IMG/VR virus record: IMGVR_UViG_3300037511_000368
Span: 1-40,635 of that record
Source of the DNA: a virus
Strand: one strand, 5' to 3'
Length of the DNA: 40,635 bases
Positions 32,207 to 39,486 of the stretch are shown here, one piece after another (the first letter of the stretch is position 1; the number at the start of each line of letters is the position of its first letter). A program made the translations under genes and the position numbers. The notes beneath the pieces were generated by a model. The model saw only the letters and a program-made list of their open reading frames with translations, made no database searches and was not told the origin of the DNA.

Positions 32207-32782
32207 CTATAGATTAACTGCTACATTTATCCTTTCCCAGAAAGAATCAATGGCTTGCATGCATTTGGCGTGGATGAGGTCGCTGTATTTGTACTCAAAG
32301 ACCTTAGGCAGACTTCCGTGTCTATCTAATTTTAGAAACACAAACCTCTTTGAAATAGGAAAGCTTAACTCTTTTTTCTGGATCAGGTAATAGTAAAGGT
32401 GGGCCTGCATAACCCAGGTAGGGGACTCTTGGACAGACGTTTTGAAATCGACGAGGAGAGCTTCATCTTCTCCCTCAATTTTGATAAGAGTGTCGATTCG
32501 GCCAGTAATCATGAAATCGTCGCAGTAATACCTTTCTTCCGATTTAAGGAACTGAGGACCGAGAGCTATCATCCATTTATGGAAACTCTTAACATAGCCA
32601 GTTCCCTTGCTAACGACATGGGGAAGAGGTTCTCCTTTGATAATGTGCTCAATAGCGTTGTGTACTTCCGTACCGAGCTCAGCCTTGTTCTGCAAGACTA
32701 TCTTGTCAATGCCGTCGAAATTGACAAATGGCTTGAGGATGTCTGATACTCTGGCATAAAGTTTCCCGTTGTGGGCGAACAT
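32207..32782 (-). CDS. PD-(D/E)XK (RecB/Cas4-like) exonuclease, partner of RecT (191 aa)
   Basis: GTEVHNAIE ... GRIDTL...EALLVDFKTS gives the D...(D/E)xK catalytic arrangement. It is the first gene of the leftward recombination operon. Confidence 0.7.
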   Translation of the reverse strand: MFAHNGKLYARVSDILKPFVNFDGIDKIVLQNKAELGTEVHNAIEHIIKGEPLPHVVSKGTGYVKSFHKWMIALGPQFLKSEERYYCDDFMITGRIDTLIKIEGEDEALLVDFKTSVQESPTWVMQAHLYYYLIQKKELSFPISKRFVFLKLDRHGSLPKVFEYKYSDLIHAKCMQAIDSFWERINVAVNL

Positions 32783-32856
32783 GAAAAATCTCTATTTGCT
32801 TTAAATCGCCCTTAGTGTAGCATAGCTCTATATACCACACAACTACAAAACTTATT
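32783..32856. promoter_or_regulatory. Divergent early promoter region
   Basis: 74-bp gap between divergent operons. Candidate promoter TTGCTT-16 nt-TAGCAT. The motifs TATATAC (32829-32835) and CTACAAAACT (32843-32852) recur at 36527-36542. Confidence 0.45.
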
Positions 32857-33180
32857 ATGAAACTCGCAGATTTTATCAAAAAATATAAGATTGTAGGGAC
32901 CGAGTTTGCGAGCACGTGCGGTATTACATATGGAGCATTAGGTCATTACATCTACGGAAGGCGAAAACCCACGCAATCTATTGCAGAAAAAATAGAAAAA
33001 GAGTCTGATGGTTTAGTCACAGTGAGAGAATTAAGAGGTAAGGATGCAAGAACCGACCCAGGCAAGCTCCGAAAAAGAGAGCTTCCAATCGCTAACGGAC
33101 GCTGCCCGCTATGCCAGAGTAAAACGACAGGCTCTGCACTTAGCGGTGAAAAAAGGAAGATTGAAAGCGGAAATTCATAA
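32857..33180 (+). CDS. Cro/YdaS-like HTH regulator (HTH in the first 60 aa or so; the 107-aa ORF overlaps the next gene)
   Basis: FASTCGITYGALGHYIYGRRKPTQSIAEKIEKESDGLVTVREL has a typical small HTH repressor layout. Confidence 0.55.
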   Translation: MKLADFIKKYKIVGTEFASTCGITYGALGHYIYGRRKPTQSIAEKIEKESDGLVTVRELRGKDARTDPGKLRKRELPIANGRCPLCQSKTTGSALSGEKRKIESGNS

Positions 33181-33502
33181 AGTCAATGGTAGATTGTGTC
33201 TCAAGATACTCAAGCAAGACCTGGACGATTACCGTTCCAGTAAATACAACCGAATGCACCGCAATGTTGAAGGCCAAAAGCTCTTTTCCATGGAAGAGAA
33301 TCGGTGGAGCGTTCTCATGGCGTGTAAGGTTATTTCTCAAATGCTCGGACACCCATTCCACCCATGCAGACTCTATTACCTACTGCGCAAAGGTATCCTG
33401 AAAGGATATAGAGTGGGTGGTGCTTGGGTTCTAAAGAAAGAAGATCTTTTAGAAGTGTGTGAACGGGAATCAACCCGCTCTCCAGGGGAACGATCGGCTT
33501 AA
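33044..33502 (+). CDS. DNA-binding protein with two excisionase/MerR-type HTH (HTH_17-like) modules (152 aa)
   Basis: GGTAAGG SD before the ATG. The two modules are SLTDAARYARVKRQALHLAVKKGRLKAEI and PCRLYYLLRKGILKGYRVGGAWVLKKEDLLE. Confidence 0.55.
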   Translation: MQEPTQASSEKESFQSLTDAARYARVKRQALHLAVKKGRLKAEIHKVNGRLCLKILKQDLDDYRSSKYNRMHRNVEGQKLFSMEENRWSVLMACKVISQMLGHPFHPCRLYYLLRKGILKGYRVGGAWVLKKEDLLEVCERESTRSPGERSA

Positions 33503-33561
33503 ATAAATCTCTTTCAAAATAAAGAGCATCGCGGTATTTCTCACACTTGAGGCTACCGCAT

Positions 33562-33996
33562 ATGCTAATATTTACTATTGAAGGTGTTCCTGTTCCACAA
33601 CAACAGACGCGCTTTCTTCGCAAGTCCGGCATAGCCTACGACCCATCCAAAAAAGATAAAGAACGCATCCAATGGCAGCTGCGCCCGCATGCTCCATCAG
33701 AGCCTCTGCTCTGCGCGATTGAAATGCATCTAACCTTTTACCTCCCCATCCCAAAGGCTACTTCTAAAAAGATGTATGCGCAGATGTTAAACGGCGTCAT
33801 CCTCCCTAAAAAGAAGCCAGACTTTGATAATTTAGCCTATCTAGTGACCAATGCTCTAAAAACTATTGTATACGCAGACGACAGCCAAGTTACCGATTGC
33901 ATCATTCGCAAACGATACAGCGATAGGCCCCGAACGGTGATTCAAATCATCCCGATTGACGAGCTCCAGCCCGTTGGAGGAGCAAAGTGCGCCTAA
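33562..33996 (+). CDS. rusA: RusA-family Holliday junction resolvase (144 aa)
   Basis: IFTIEGVPVPQQQTRF... KKKPDFDNLAYLVTNALKTIVYADDSQV matches the RusA catalytic Asp cluster. ATG at 33562 is preferred over TTG at 33547. Confidence 0.8.
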   Translation: MLIFTIEGVPVPQQQTRFLRKSGIAYDPSKKDKERIQWQLRPHAPSEPLLCAIEMHLTFYLPIPKATSKKMYAQMLNGVILPKKKPDFDNLAYLVTNALKTIVYADDSQVTDCIIRKRYSDRPRTVIQIIPIDELQPVGGAKCA

Positions 33997-34319
33997 TATG
34001 CGAAGAGCTCGACGGTACATTTTTCATAGAGGTAATTTTAAATGAAAGCGATTGCAACAATTTTGAATGCCACAACGAACTTCTTGGTGAGTTTGTGGGC
34101 GACGTTCAAGGATTTAGGAACTTCAATTTATTTATAAGAAAGGAGCAAACATGCCACTCGTCAAAGGAAAGGCTGCCAGTAGCCGAAAAGGATTTTCAGA
34201 GAACGTACGAAGAGAAGTTAATGAAGGAAAGCCCCAAAAGGAAGCCGTCGCTATTGCATACAGCGAAGCTCGCCGTGGAAAGAAAAAGGCGGCAAAGAAA
34301 TGACCAAAAAGAAGCTTAA
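33987..34319 (+). CDS. Hypothetical protein (110 aa, GTG start); its distal half overlaps a nested ORF
   Basis: GGAGGAG SD 4 nt before the GTG. See the nested gene 34151..34303. Confidence 0.4.
   Translation: MRLICEELDGTFFIEVILNESDCNNFECHNELLGEFVGDVQGFRNFNLFIRKEQTCHSSKERLPVAEKDFQRTYEEKLMKESPKRKPSLLHTAKLAVERKRRQRNDQKEA
34151..34303 (+). CDS. Small basic protein (50 aa), MPLVKGKAASSRKGFSENVREEVNEGKPQKEAVAIAYSEARRGKKKAAKK
   Basis: AAAGGAG SD 6 nt before the ATG. It forms an ATGA overlap with the next gene. It resembles a widespread MP..KGK...N...E...GKP.KQAVAIA small-protein family, from memory. Confidence 0.5.
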   Translation: MPLVKGKAASSRKGFSENVRREVNEGKPQKEAVAIAYSEARRGKKKAAKK

Positions 34320-34599
34320 AGTGATCCCTAAAAAAACCAAAATGGTCATCGACTGCTCTAAAGTAAAGAAGCACGAGCCTAAATTCAACCCACAAGAAAC
34401 AGACTGGTTTATGTTTGGCATGGGCTATGATACCTGGCGCAAGCGCACAAAGAAAAAGGATTGCGCTAAAGCATTCAAGAGCTACATTGAAGGCTGCATG
34501 AGAAAGTGCGGCATGACTGCTGGCGCGGCGTTCAACGAAATCTTTTGGCAACTGCACTTGCTTCGAAAAGAGCTTGCAGCTAAAAAAGAACAGAAATGA
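34300..34599 (+). CDS. Hypothetical basic protein (99 aa)
   Basis: ORF track; ATGA coupling at both ends. Confidence 0.55.
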   Translation: MTKKKLKVIPKKTKMVIDCSKVKKHEPKFNPQETDWFMFGMGYDTWRKRTKKKDCAKAFKSYIEGCMRKCGMTAGAAFNEIFWQLHLLRKELAAKKEQK

Positions 34600-34820
34600 A
34601 TGTTGACTCAAACGCCCCTCCCTCTGCCACCGGTTTTGAAGAAGTGGACCTCTTTGATTTTTCAGATCCCGAAAATGGGGAGATAATAAGCGATCTAGGG
34701 CTTGAGCACCTCATTCGTCGTGCTCGAGCCTATAGCTCGGAAGAGTGGGAGTTTAAGTTTTGTGAACGGGATCGGAGCTTGCCATATGTTTTCGTGCTTG
34801 GATTTGCCTCAAAAAGGTAA
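34596..34820 (+). CDS. Hypothetical acidic protein (74 aa)
   Basis: ORF track; coupled start. Confidence 0.5.
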   Translation: MNVDSNAPPSATGFEEVDLFDFSDPENGEIISDLGLEHLIRRARAYSSEEWEFKFCERDRSLPYVFVLGFASKR

Positions 34821-34824
34821 TGCT

Positions 34825-35004
34825 ATGGAGTGCAATGAGCCTTGGGAGTTTTGTTGGGATTGTGCTACAGACTGCAGCGGAAGTGGGGAAATTGTCTACT
34901 GGTGGAAACATAGAATGGTTCTATGCCCAGAATGTTACCAGAATGCCAAGGAAGATCTGTTCGTACACGGCCAAAGGATCTACGAAAAGAACCTGCACGG
35001 GTAA
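34825..35004 (+). CDS. Zinc-ribbon small protein (59 aa; CWDC...CPEC)
   Basis: The internal ATG at 34825, just after the upstream stop, is preferred over the ORF-track start at 34702. Confidence 0.5.
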   Translation: MECNEPWEFCWDCATDCSGSGEIVYWWKHRMVLCPECYQNAKEDLFVHGQRIYEKNLHG

Positions 35005-35055
35005 CATAAGAAGGGTTATCAGACTATCAAGAAATTAGAATAGGTAGAATATAAA

Positions 35056-35259
35056 ATGGACAGTGAACTAGAAAGCGAACCAACACTTAGCGTCTCACAA
35101 CTAGATAGACTAGCTTGGGTATCCGATCAGCTTTACACCATCCAACAAGCCCTAATGTATGGAGATACCCAAATGGTTAACCACCACAAAAAGATATCTG
35201 GGGCTATCTACAAAGTTTGGGAAGAAATAGAGTCAATTCTTCAAGGTCAAGGTATATAA
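35056..35259 (+). CDS. Hypothetical small protein (67 aa)
   Basis: ORF track. Confidence 0.5.
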   Translation: MDSELESEPTLSVSQLDRLAWVSDQLYTIQQALMYGDTQMVNHHKKISGAIYKVWEEIESILQGQGI

Positions 35260-35281
35260 CTTAAACAACAAAGGGTCATAC

Positions 35282-35446
35282 ATGAGCGCACCATCAAACG
35301 GCGGAGCCGCAAGAAACTTCCAAGAAGAAAAAGAAAGCCTTCATTGGATTAGTTTCAACCTAAAGAAACTGGTAGAAGAAATGAAGAACCTGAATGCTAA
35401 TCTTGTTGCCATCAAGGACAAGATTAACGTGAATGTTCCGTTTTAG
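35282..35446 (+). CDS. Hypothetical coiled-coil micro-protein (54 aa)
   Basis: Hand translation: MSAPSNGGAARNFQEEKESLHWISFNLKKLVEEMKNLNANLVAIKDKINVNVPF. Confidence 0.4.
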   Translation: MSAPSNGGAARNFQEEKESLHWISFNLKKLVEEMKNLNANLVAIKDKINVNVPF

Positions 35447-35633
35447 GTTGCTCTTCTTGCTTCGATGCAATGTAATCTGATATTGCATCATAGCTTCTAG
35501 ATAAGATAGTCATTGGAACGCTGGTAAACAGGTCGCCACAATCGTATTCTTTGTCTGGAGCTGGCTCTTGTGTTGTCTCGGTGCAGAAAGCGCAAGGAAT
35601 GGCCACCAAAAGGGCTAGAAACGTATTTCTCAT
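35424..35633 (-). CDS. Small secreted protein with signal peptide (69 aa)
   Basis: MRNTFLALLVAIPCAFC signal-like N-terminus. Convergent overlap with 35282..35446. Confidence 0.5.
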   Translation of the reverse strand: MRNTFLALLVAIPCAFCTETTQEPAPDKEYDCGDLFTSVPMTILSRSYDAISDYIASKQEEQPKTEHSR

Positions 35634-35648
35634 ATTTTGCGCATGTTA

Positions 35649-35855
35649 TCACTTATCCCAAAGTGGTGAAAAGTCTTTTTTAGCTTTCTCCATGGAAGTG
35701 ATGAAATCTTCCTTACTGGCTCCAGACGCACACAACGCTTTAGAGAAGACACATAAAAGAGCCGTCAAGCCAACGGCCAAGGGGAAATCGTTAACGTGCA
35801 TGCATTCCCAAATAGTGTCGCAACACTTTTGGACGTCTTCGTGGGAATGGTTCAT
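35649..35855 (-). CDS. Hypothetical small Cys-rich protein (68 aa)
   Basis: ORF track; coupled to the upstream gene. Confidence 0.5.
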   Translation of the reverse strand: MNHSHEDVQKCCDTIWECMHVNDFPLAVGLTALLCVFSKALCASGASKEDFITSMEKAKKDFSPLWDK

Positions 35856-36055
35856 TCTTTTGCTACAGAATGAGCAGCAAATTCTTTTGGCATGATATCC
35901 TTCATCACTAAAACAGTTTTAATAATGGCCATATCTTTCTCTAAATTTGAGAACTTTTGATCTATTGAGTTAAACTTCCCATTCATCCAAACGATTGCTC
36001 CAACAAGAGTAGCGATTGTCGCGACGCTGTCAGCATGCTTCTTGAACCATTCCAT
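35852..36055 (-). CDS. Single-pass membrane plus coiled-coil small protein (67 aa)
   Basis: VATIATLVGAIVWM followed by SIDQKFSNLEKDMAIIKTV. Same architecture as 19961..20194. Confidence 0.55.
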   Translation of the reverse strand: MEWFKKHADSVATIATLVGAIVWMNGKFNSIDQKFSNLEKDMAIIKTVLVMKDIMPKEFAAHSVAKE

Positions 36056-36057
36056 AT

Positions 36058-36321
36058 TTAAATCCCTAAAATCTCTATTGCGTTTTCGTTTCCTTGTAAT
36101 GCAGCCATTACAACGGGAATATCCTCGTATCTCACATTGAATCTTTTCATTAAAAGAGCTTTGGCATGCCTGTTTCCTTTAATCGCCTCTTCTCTTATAA
36201 AGGCTTCGGTTCTCTTGACCTTGAAGTCCTTTCTCCCAATTAAAATCCAAAGGGTTGGGAAAACAATCAAAGGGACGGCGCAAACGCTCAATACAGACAT
36301 AACCGATTCACCTGCGCTCAT
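36058..36321 (-). CDS. N-terminally membrane-anchored small protein (87 aa)
   Basis: ORF track; TM segment VLSVCAVPLIVFPTLWILI. Confidence 0.55.
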   Translation of the reverse strand: MSAGESVMSVLSVCAVPLIVFPTLWILIGRKDFKVKRTEAFIREEAIKGNRHAKALLMKRFNVRYEDIPVVMAALQGNENAIEILGI

Positions 36322-36488
36322 TACTGATCCTCCAACTCCTCAATCATATCGTTGAAGCAGTCTATACAATAGCCCGAATCCATATCAAGCTCTGTTTCGT
36401 ACTCATGCAGCTCATGATCGGCAATATTAGCAGTGCAGCATTCACATGGACCAAATCTACCAGGAATAAATTCACCCCATTCAGGCAT
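36321..36488 (-). CDS. Zinc-ribbon micro-protein (55 aa), MPEWGEFIPGRFGPCECC...YCIDCFNDMIEELEDQ
   Basis: Hand translation. It is the first gene of the leftward operon and overlaps the next start by 1 nt. Confidence 0.45.
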   Translation of the reverse strand: MPEWGEFIPGRFGPCECCTANIADHELHEYETELDMDSGYCIDCFNDMIEELEDQ

Positions 36489-36603
36489 GTCTATCTCCTA
36501 AAACGTAGTTGTGTTTATCGATATGATATATACTACAAAACTGGATCATTTATCGCTAGACTAATAAATATTTGAGACGCTAAAGAGGACAAATAAGGGA
36601 CTT

Positions 36604-37122
36604 ATGGATAACGAAAATACCAACGATAAACCACCAGAGAAACCAGTTAGAGCAGATATTGCCACACGCTTTCAGAAAGGCAATCAACTAGCCAAAGGAC
36701 ATGGATTCGGTAGGCCAGAAGTTTGGACCGAAGAGAAGATAGCTCAAGAGGCTGCTTTACTTGAGGAATGGTTTGAGAATCCTAAGAACTTCTACTTACA
36801 AACGTTTGCTACGGAAAGAGGATATACATCTAAATTCTATGAGAAATTGGCGGAGAAGTCCCCCCTCTTTAGTCAAACGCTCTCGCGTGTGCGTGAGATT
36901 CAGGAGGCTAGAATCGTCTCAAGTTCACTAGAACGTAAGTTCGATGGTAACTTCGCTAAGTTCGTTTTAGCTAACCGTCATGGCTGGCGTGAGAAGACTG
37001 AACTATCAGGAGATGCTAACAGTCCTTTAGGCTTCTTACTCAACCAAGTAGATGGTAAGAGCAAGGACATAATAGAGGCTACAGTAGAAGATATTAGCCA
37101 AGAGGATAAAGATGACAAGTAA
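36604..37122 (+). CDS. terS: Terminase small subunit (172 aa), putative
   Basis: N-terminal RFQKGNQLAKGHGFGRPE, then an HTH-like block, then FAKFVLANRHGWREKTE. This layout is typical of small terminases, from memory. Confidence 0.55.
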   Translation: MDNENTNDKPPEKPVRADIATRFQKGNQLAKGHGFGRPEVWTEEKIAQEAALLEEWFENPKNFYLQTFATERGYTSKFYEKLAEKSPLFSQTLSRVREIQEARIVSSSLERKFDGNFAKFVLANRHGWREKTELSGDANSPLGFLLNQVDGKSKDIIEATVEDISQEDKDDK

Positions 37123-37288
37123 TAGCTATTGCTACCTAGTAGAGATGCATGATGGTAGATGCGCAATCAGTGAAGACCATGATCTAATACGATCGTATGT
37201 CAAGCAAGGTCATAGAGTTAAGAGAGTAGCGTACGAAGAGATCAACAAAGATAATGTAGACACGCTTGAGGGGGTAGGGGGCGGGTAG
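37112..37288 (+). CDS. Possible small protein (58 aa) overlapping the terS stop
   Basis: Hand translation: MTSNSYCYLVEMHDGRCAISEDHDLIRSYVKQGHRVKRVAYEEINKDNVDTLEGVGGG. Its end runs into the G-tract element. Confidence 0.3.
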   Translation: MTSNSYCYLVEMHDGRCAISEDHDLIRSYVKQGHRVKRVAYEEINKDNVDTLEGVGGG

Positions 37289-37358
37289 GTATATGTCCTG
37301 TATTGGACGAGGGGTGGGGGTTGGATTCCCTCCCCATTCCCCATTTTTCCCCATTTTC
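37270..37358 (+). other. G-tract / C-tract element (potential G-quadruplex, hairpin or terminator)
   Basis: G runs at 37270-74, 37277-81, 37283-85, 37311-14 and 37316-20. C runs at 37328-30, 37332-35, 37339-42 and 37349-52, interspersed with T runs. Confidence 0.6.
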
Positions 37359-37407
37359 GAACTATTAAGATTTCTTAATATTTATTTTTTTCCATTTTGG
37401 AGGTTTT

Positions 37408-37593
37408 ATGGATAACAGTGAGCCAGAGTTCTTTATATCTATGGGAAGTAGTTCGCCTCTTAGTTGTGGAGGTCCTCAGATCTTTGCAGGAACCCTTGAG
37501 GCAGCTATGCGGCTTCGCCAGGGTCAAGAGGTTTACAGGCTTGGTACTCTTAAGAGGGTTACCCGTGTAGATGTAGAGTTAGTGACTAATTGA
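37408..37593 (+). CDS. Hypothetical small protein (61 aa)
   Basis: ORF track; GGAGG SD. Confidence 0.55.
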   Translation: MDNSEPEFFISMGSSSPLSCGGPQIFAGTLEAAMRLRQGQEVYRLGTLKRVTRVDVELVTN

Positions 37594-37603
37594 GGGAGGT
37601 TTC

Positions 37604-37858
37604 ATGATCAGTGCATATCTAAACAGGGTGTTAGTTAAGGTAGTAGAGTTGGAGGCTAAGCAGGGGCTTATTTTGGTACCTAAGGACAAGAAGGAGTATC
37701 AGATAGGCGAGGTGGTTAGTTCATGTCTAGAGAATGTATCTAAGGGGCAGTATGTATATACGCGCAAGTTTGCTGGTCTTATTGTTGAGTATGATGGGGT
37801 TCAGTATGTATCTTTGGATGAAAAGGAAATATTAGCAATCAGCAACGAGCTGAAGTAG
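37604..37858 (+). CDS. GroES/Cpn10-like co-chaperonin (84 aa)
   Basis: LNRVLVKVVELEAKQGLILVPKDKKEYQIGEVVSSC...VSKGQYVYTRKFAGLIVEYDGVQYVSLDEKEILAI aligns by eye with E. coli GroES ([38 protein letters not shown]...[36 protein letters not shown]). Confidence 0.7.
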   Translation: MISAYLNRVLVKVVELEAKQGLILVPKDKKEYQIGEVVSSCLENVSKGQYVYTRKFAGLIVEYDGVQYVSLDEKEILAISNELK

Positions 37859-37867
37859 GAGTTGGTT

Positions 37868-38272
37868 ATGTTTAAGTGGCGTAAGATTTTTGATAAGGCT
37901 TTGAGTACTTTGAAGATTCAGGCTGATTGGACGGAGGCTAAGTTAGTTGATGCCATGAAAGCTGGAGATGAGTTTAGGGATTCAACTGAGAAGACTTTAG
38001 GTACTTTTCAGAGGACTTTAGATACCTTGGAAGCTAATGATTCTGGGCTTTTGGATAGATTGGAGCAGCTTGCCTATTCTATACAGATGTGGGAGATCCT
38101 AACCAATCAGTTAGCTGACTTTAAGGTGTTGCATGTTGAGGGTGGGCATTTTGGTGAGCTTAGAGATGCTAATGCTGCTAAGAGTTATGAGCAGCAGGGA
38201 TACAAGCTTAAGGGGTATGTACAGAAGCGTCGTGGTGCCTATACGGAAGTTTGGGTAAAGGATAAGGTTTAG
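37868..38272 (+). CDS. Hypothetical protein (134 aa)
   Basis: ORF-track frame; ATG at 37868. Confidence 0.55.
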   Translation: MFKWRKIFDKALSTLKIQADWTEAKLVDAMKAGDEFRDSTEKTLGTFQRTLDTLEANDSGLLDRLEQLAYSIQMWEILTNQLADFKVLHVEGGHFGELRDANAAKSYEQQGYKLKGYVQKRRGAYTEVWVKDKV

Positions 38273-38536
38273 ATGTTTGATAACATAAAGAAGTACTTTT
38301 CGGATCTTAAGACTTCGGTTCTTAGGGGTAATGAGTTGGCTGGTTTTAGCCGGAAGGATATAGCCATAATTAGAGAAGGGGTTGAGGCTCTTGCGAAAAG
38401 TCAGCATGAGTACTTTGTTTATCTAGACAAGCATGTAGCTTCTATCTACAAGAAGGTAACTTCCATGGAGATGGAGATGCTGCTTAATAGAGGTGCTTGT
38501 TTGGATAATTCCTTTGAAGGCAAGCAGGAGATGTAG
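38273..38536 (+). CDS. Hypothetical protein (87 aa)
   Basis: ORF track; abuts the upstream stop. Confidence 0.55.
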   Translation: MFDNIKKYFSDLKTSVLRGNELAGFSRKDIAIIREGVEALAKSQHEYFVYLDKHVASIYKKVTSMEMEMLLNRGACLDNSFEGKQEM

Positions 38537-38892
38537 TGTCTAAAAAGAAATTGACAGCACCTGACCTGTCAGGTACAATCCCGAAACGGGGTAGGGGTGA
38601 GGATTTACAGAGTGCAGGGCAATCCCGAAACGGAAAGGCTAGGAAGGGAGTTTTATCAAAGAGGGAAACCTTGGGTGAGGTGCTCCACGATCTTGAATGC
38701 TCTACTTGCTTGAGGGTGTTTAGTTCTCCTGATGAGGAGGCTGTGAACTGCTCTGGGTGCACTGTCTGCCCTCCAAAGGGTGATAGAGAAAGATTAGAGC
38801 GGATGTTGGAGAGCATGGAGTTTCACTACATGATGCGGTATCCCCTCTTGCTCAGGCTAATGTACAAGGTGCTAAGTGGGAAATCGGTTTGA
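38536..38892 (+). CDS. Hypothetical basic, Cys-containing protein (118 aa, GTG start)
   Basis: ORF track; CSTC...CSGCTVC. Confidence 0.5.
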   Translation: MSKKKLTAPDLSGTIPKRGRGEDLQSAGQSRNGKARKGVLSKRETLGEVLHDLECSTCLRVFSSPDEEAVNCSGCTVCPPKGDRERLERMLESMEFHYMMRYPLLLRLMYKVLSGKSV

Positions 38893-38923
38893 AGAATTTA
38901 CGAATAAGGTATGCGACTGGCTT

Positions 38924-39025
38924 ATGCCTGTCTTGTTTTGGGCTCTTGTTCTGCCTATTGGCGTTATGGCGATTGTTGGACTTTGGGCTTTGATGTTTTT
39001 AGCACTCTTTGGATTTAGGTGCTAA
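38924..39025 (+). CDS. Transmembrane micro-ORF (33 aa), MPVLFWALVLPIGVMAIVGLWALMFLALFGFRC
   Basis: Hand translation; fills the gap between called ORFs. Confidence 0.3.
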   Translation: MPVLFWALVLPIGVMAIVGLWALMFLALFGFRC

Positions 39026-39037
39026 TTGGGACTTGGG

Positions 39038-39214
39038 ATGAAGAATGGGCCTATGACTAAGAAGAAGTATCACTTGTCGGTTAAGCACTGCAAGGAATGC
39101 TTCAATGCTGGGCGTAAGCACTGTGAGTGTGAGATAGGCAGGCTTAGAATACAGCAGGGAGTGAAGCTGCATGGTCATTCAGACCAGATGGACTTCCTGT
39201 CGGAAGATAAATAA
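39038..39214 (+). CDS. Cys-rich small protein (58 aa; CKEC...CECE)
   Basis: ORF-track frame 39026..39214; first ATG at 39038. Confidence 0.5.
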   Translation: MKNGPMTKKKYHLSVKHCKECFNAGRKHCECEIGRLRIQQGVKLHGHSDQMDFLSEDK

Positions 39215-39225
39215 AGGAAAAGAAA

Positions 39226-39486
39226 ATGAGCGAAGAGACAAAAAGCGAAGTTGTAGAACCTTCTTATGATCATGAAGATTTTATAGCCCGGTTAAACAAG
39301 GTGGCGGAGGCTATTTCGGGGTCTACTTACACCAATGGGGCTTGGGTGTTGATTAACTGCCTGATTTCGGTGTTTAAGCAGGCCCAGCTGCCTCCAGATG
39401 TTGCCAACCGTTATCTGATGCAGGTGTCAGATCGGTATGTGAGCGTTTTAGAGGCAGACAAAAAGAAAGAAGAGCCGAAGGCGTAG
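39226..39486 (+). CDS. Hypothetical acidic protein (86 aa)
   Basis: ORF track; AAGGAAAAG SD. Confidence 0.55.
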   Translation: MSEETKSEVVEPSYDHEDFIARLNKVAEAISGSTYTNGAWVLINCLISVFKQAQLPPDVANRYLMQVSDRYVSVLEADKKKEEPKA

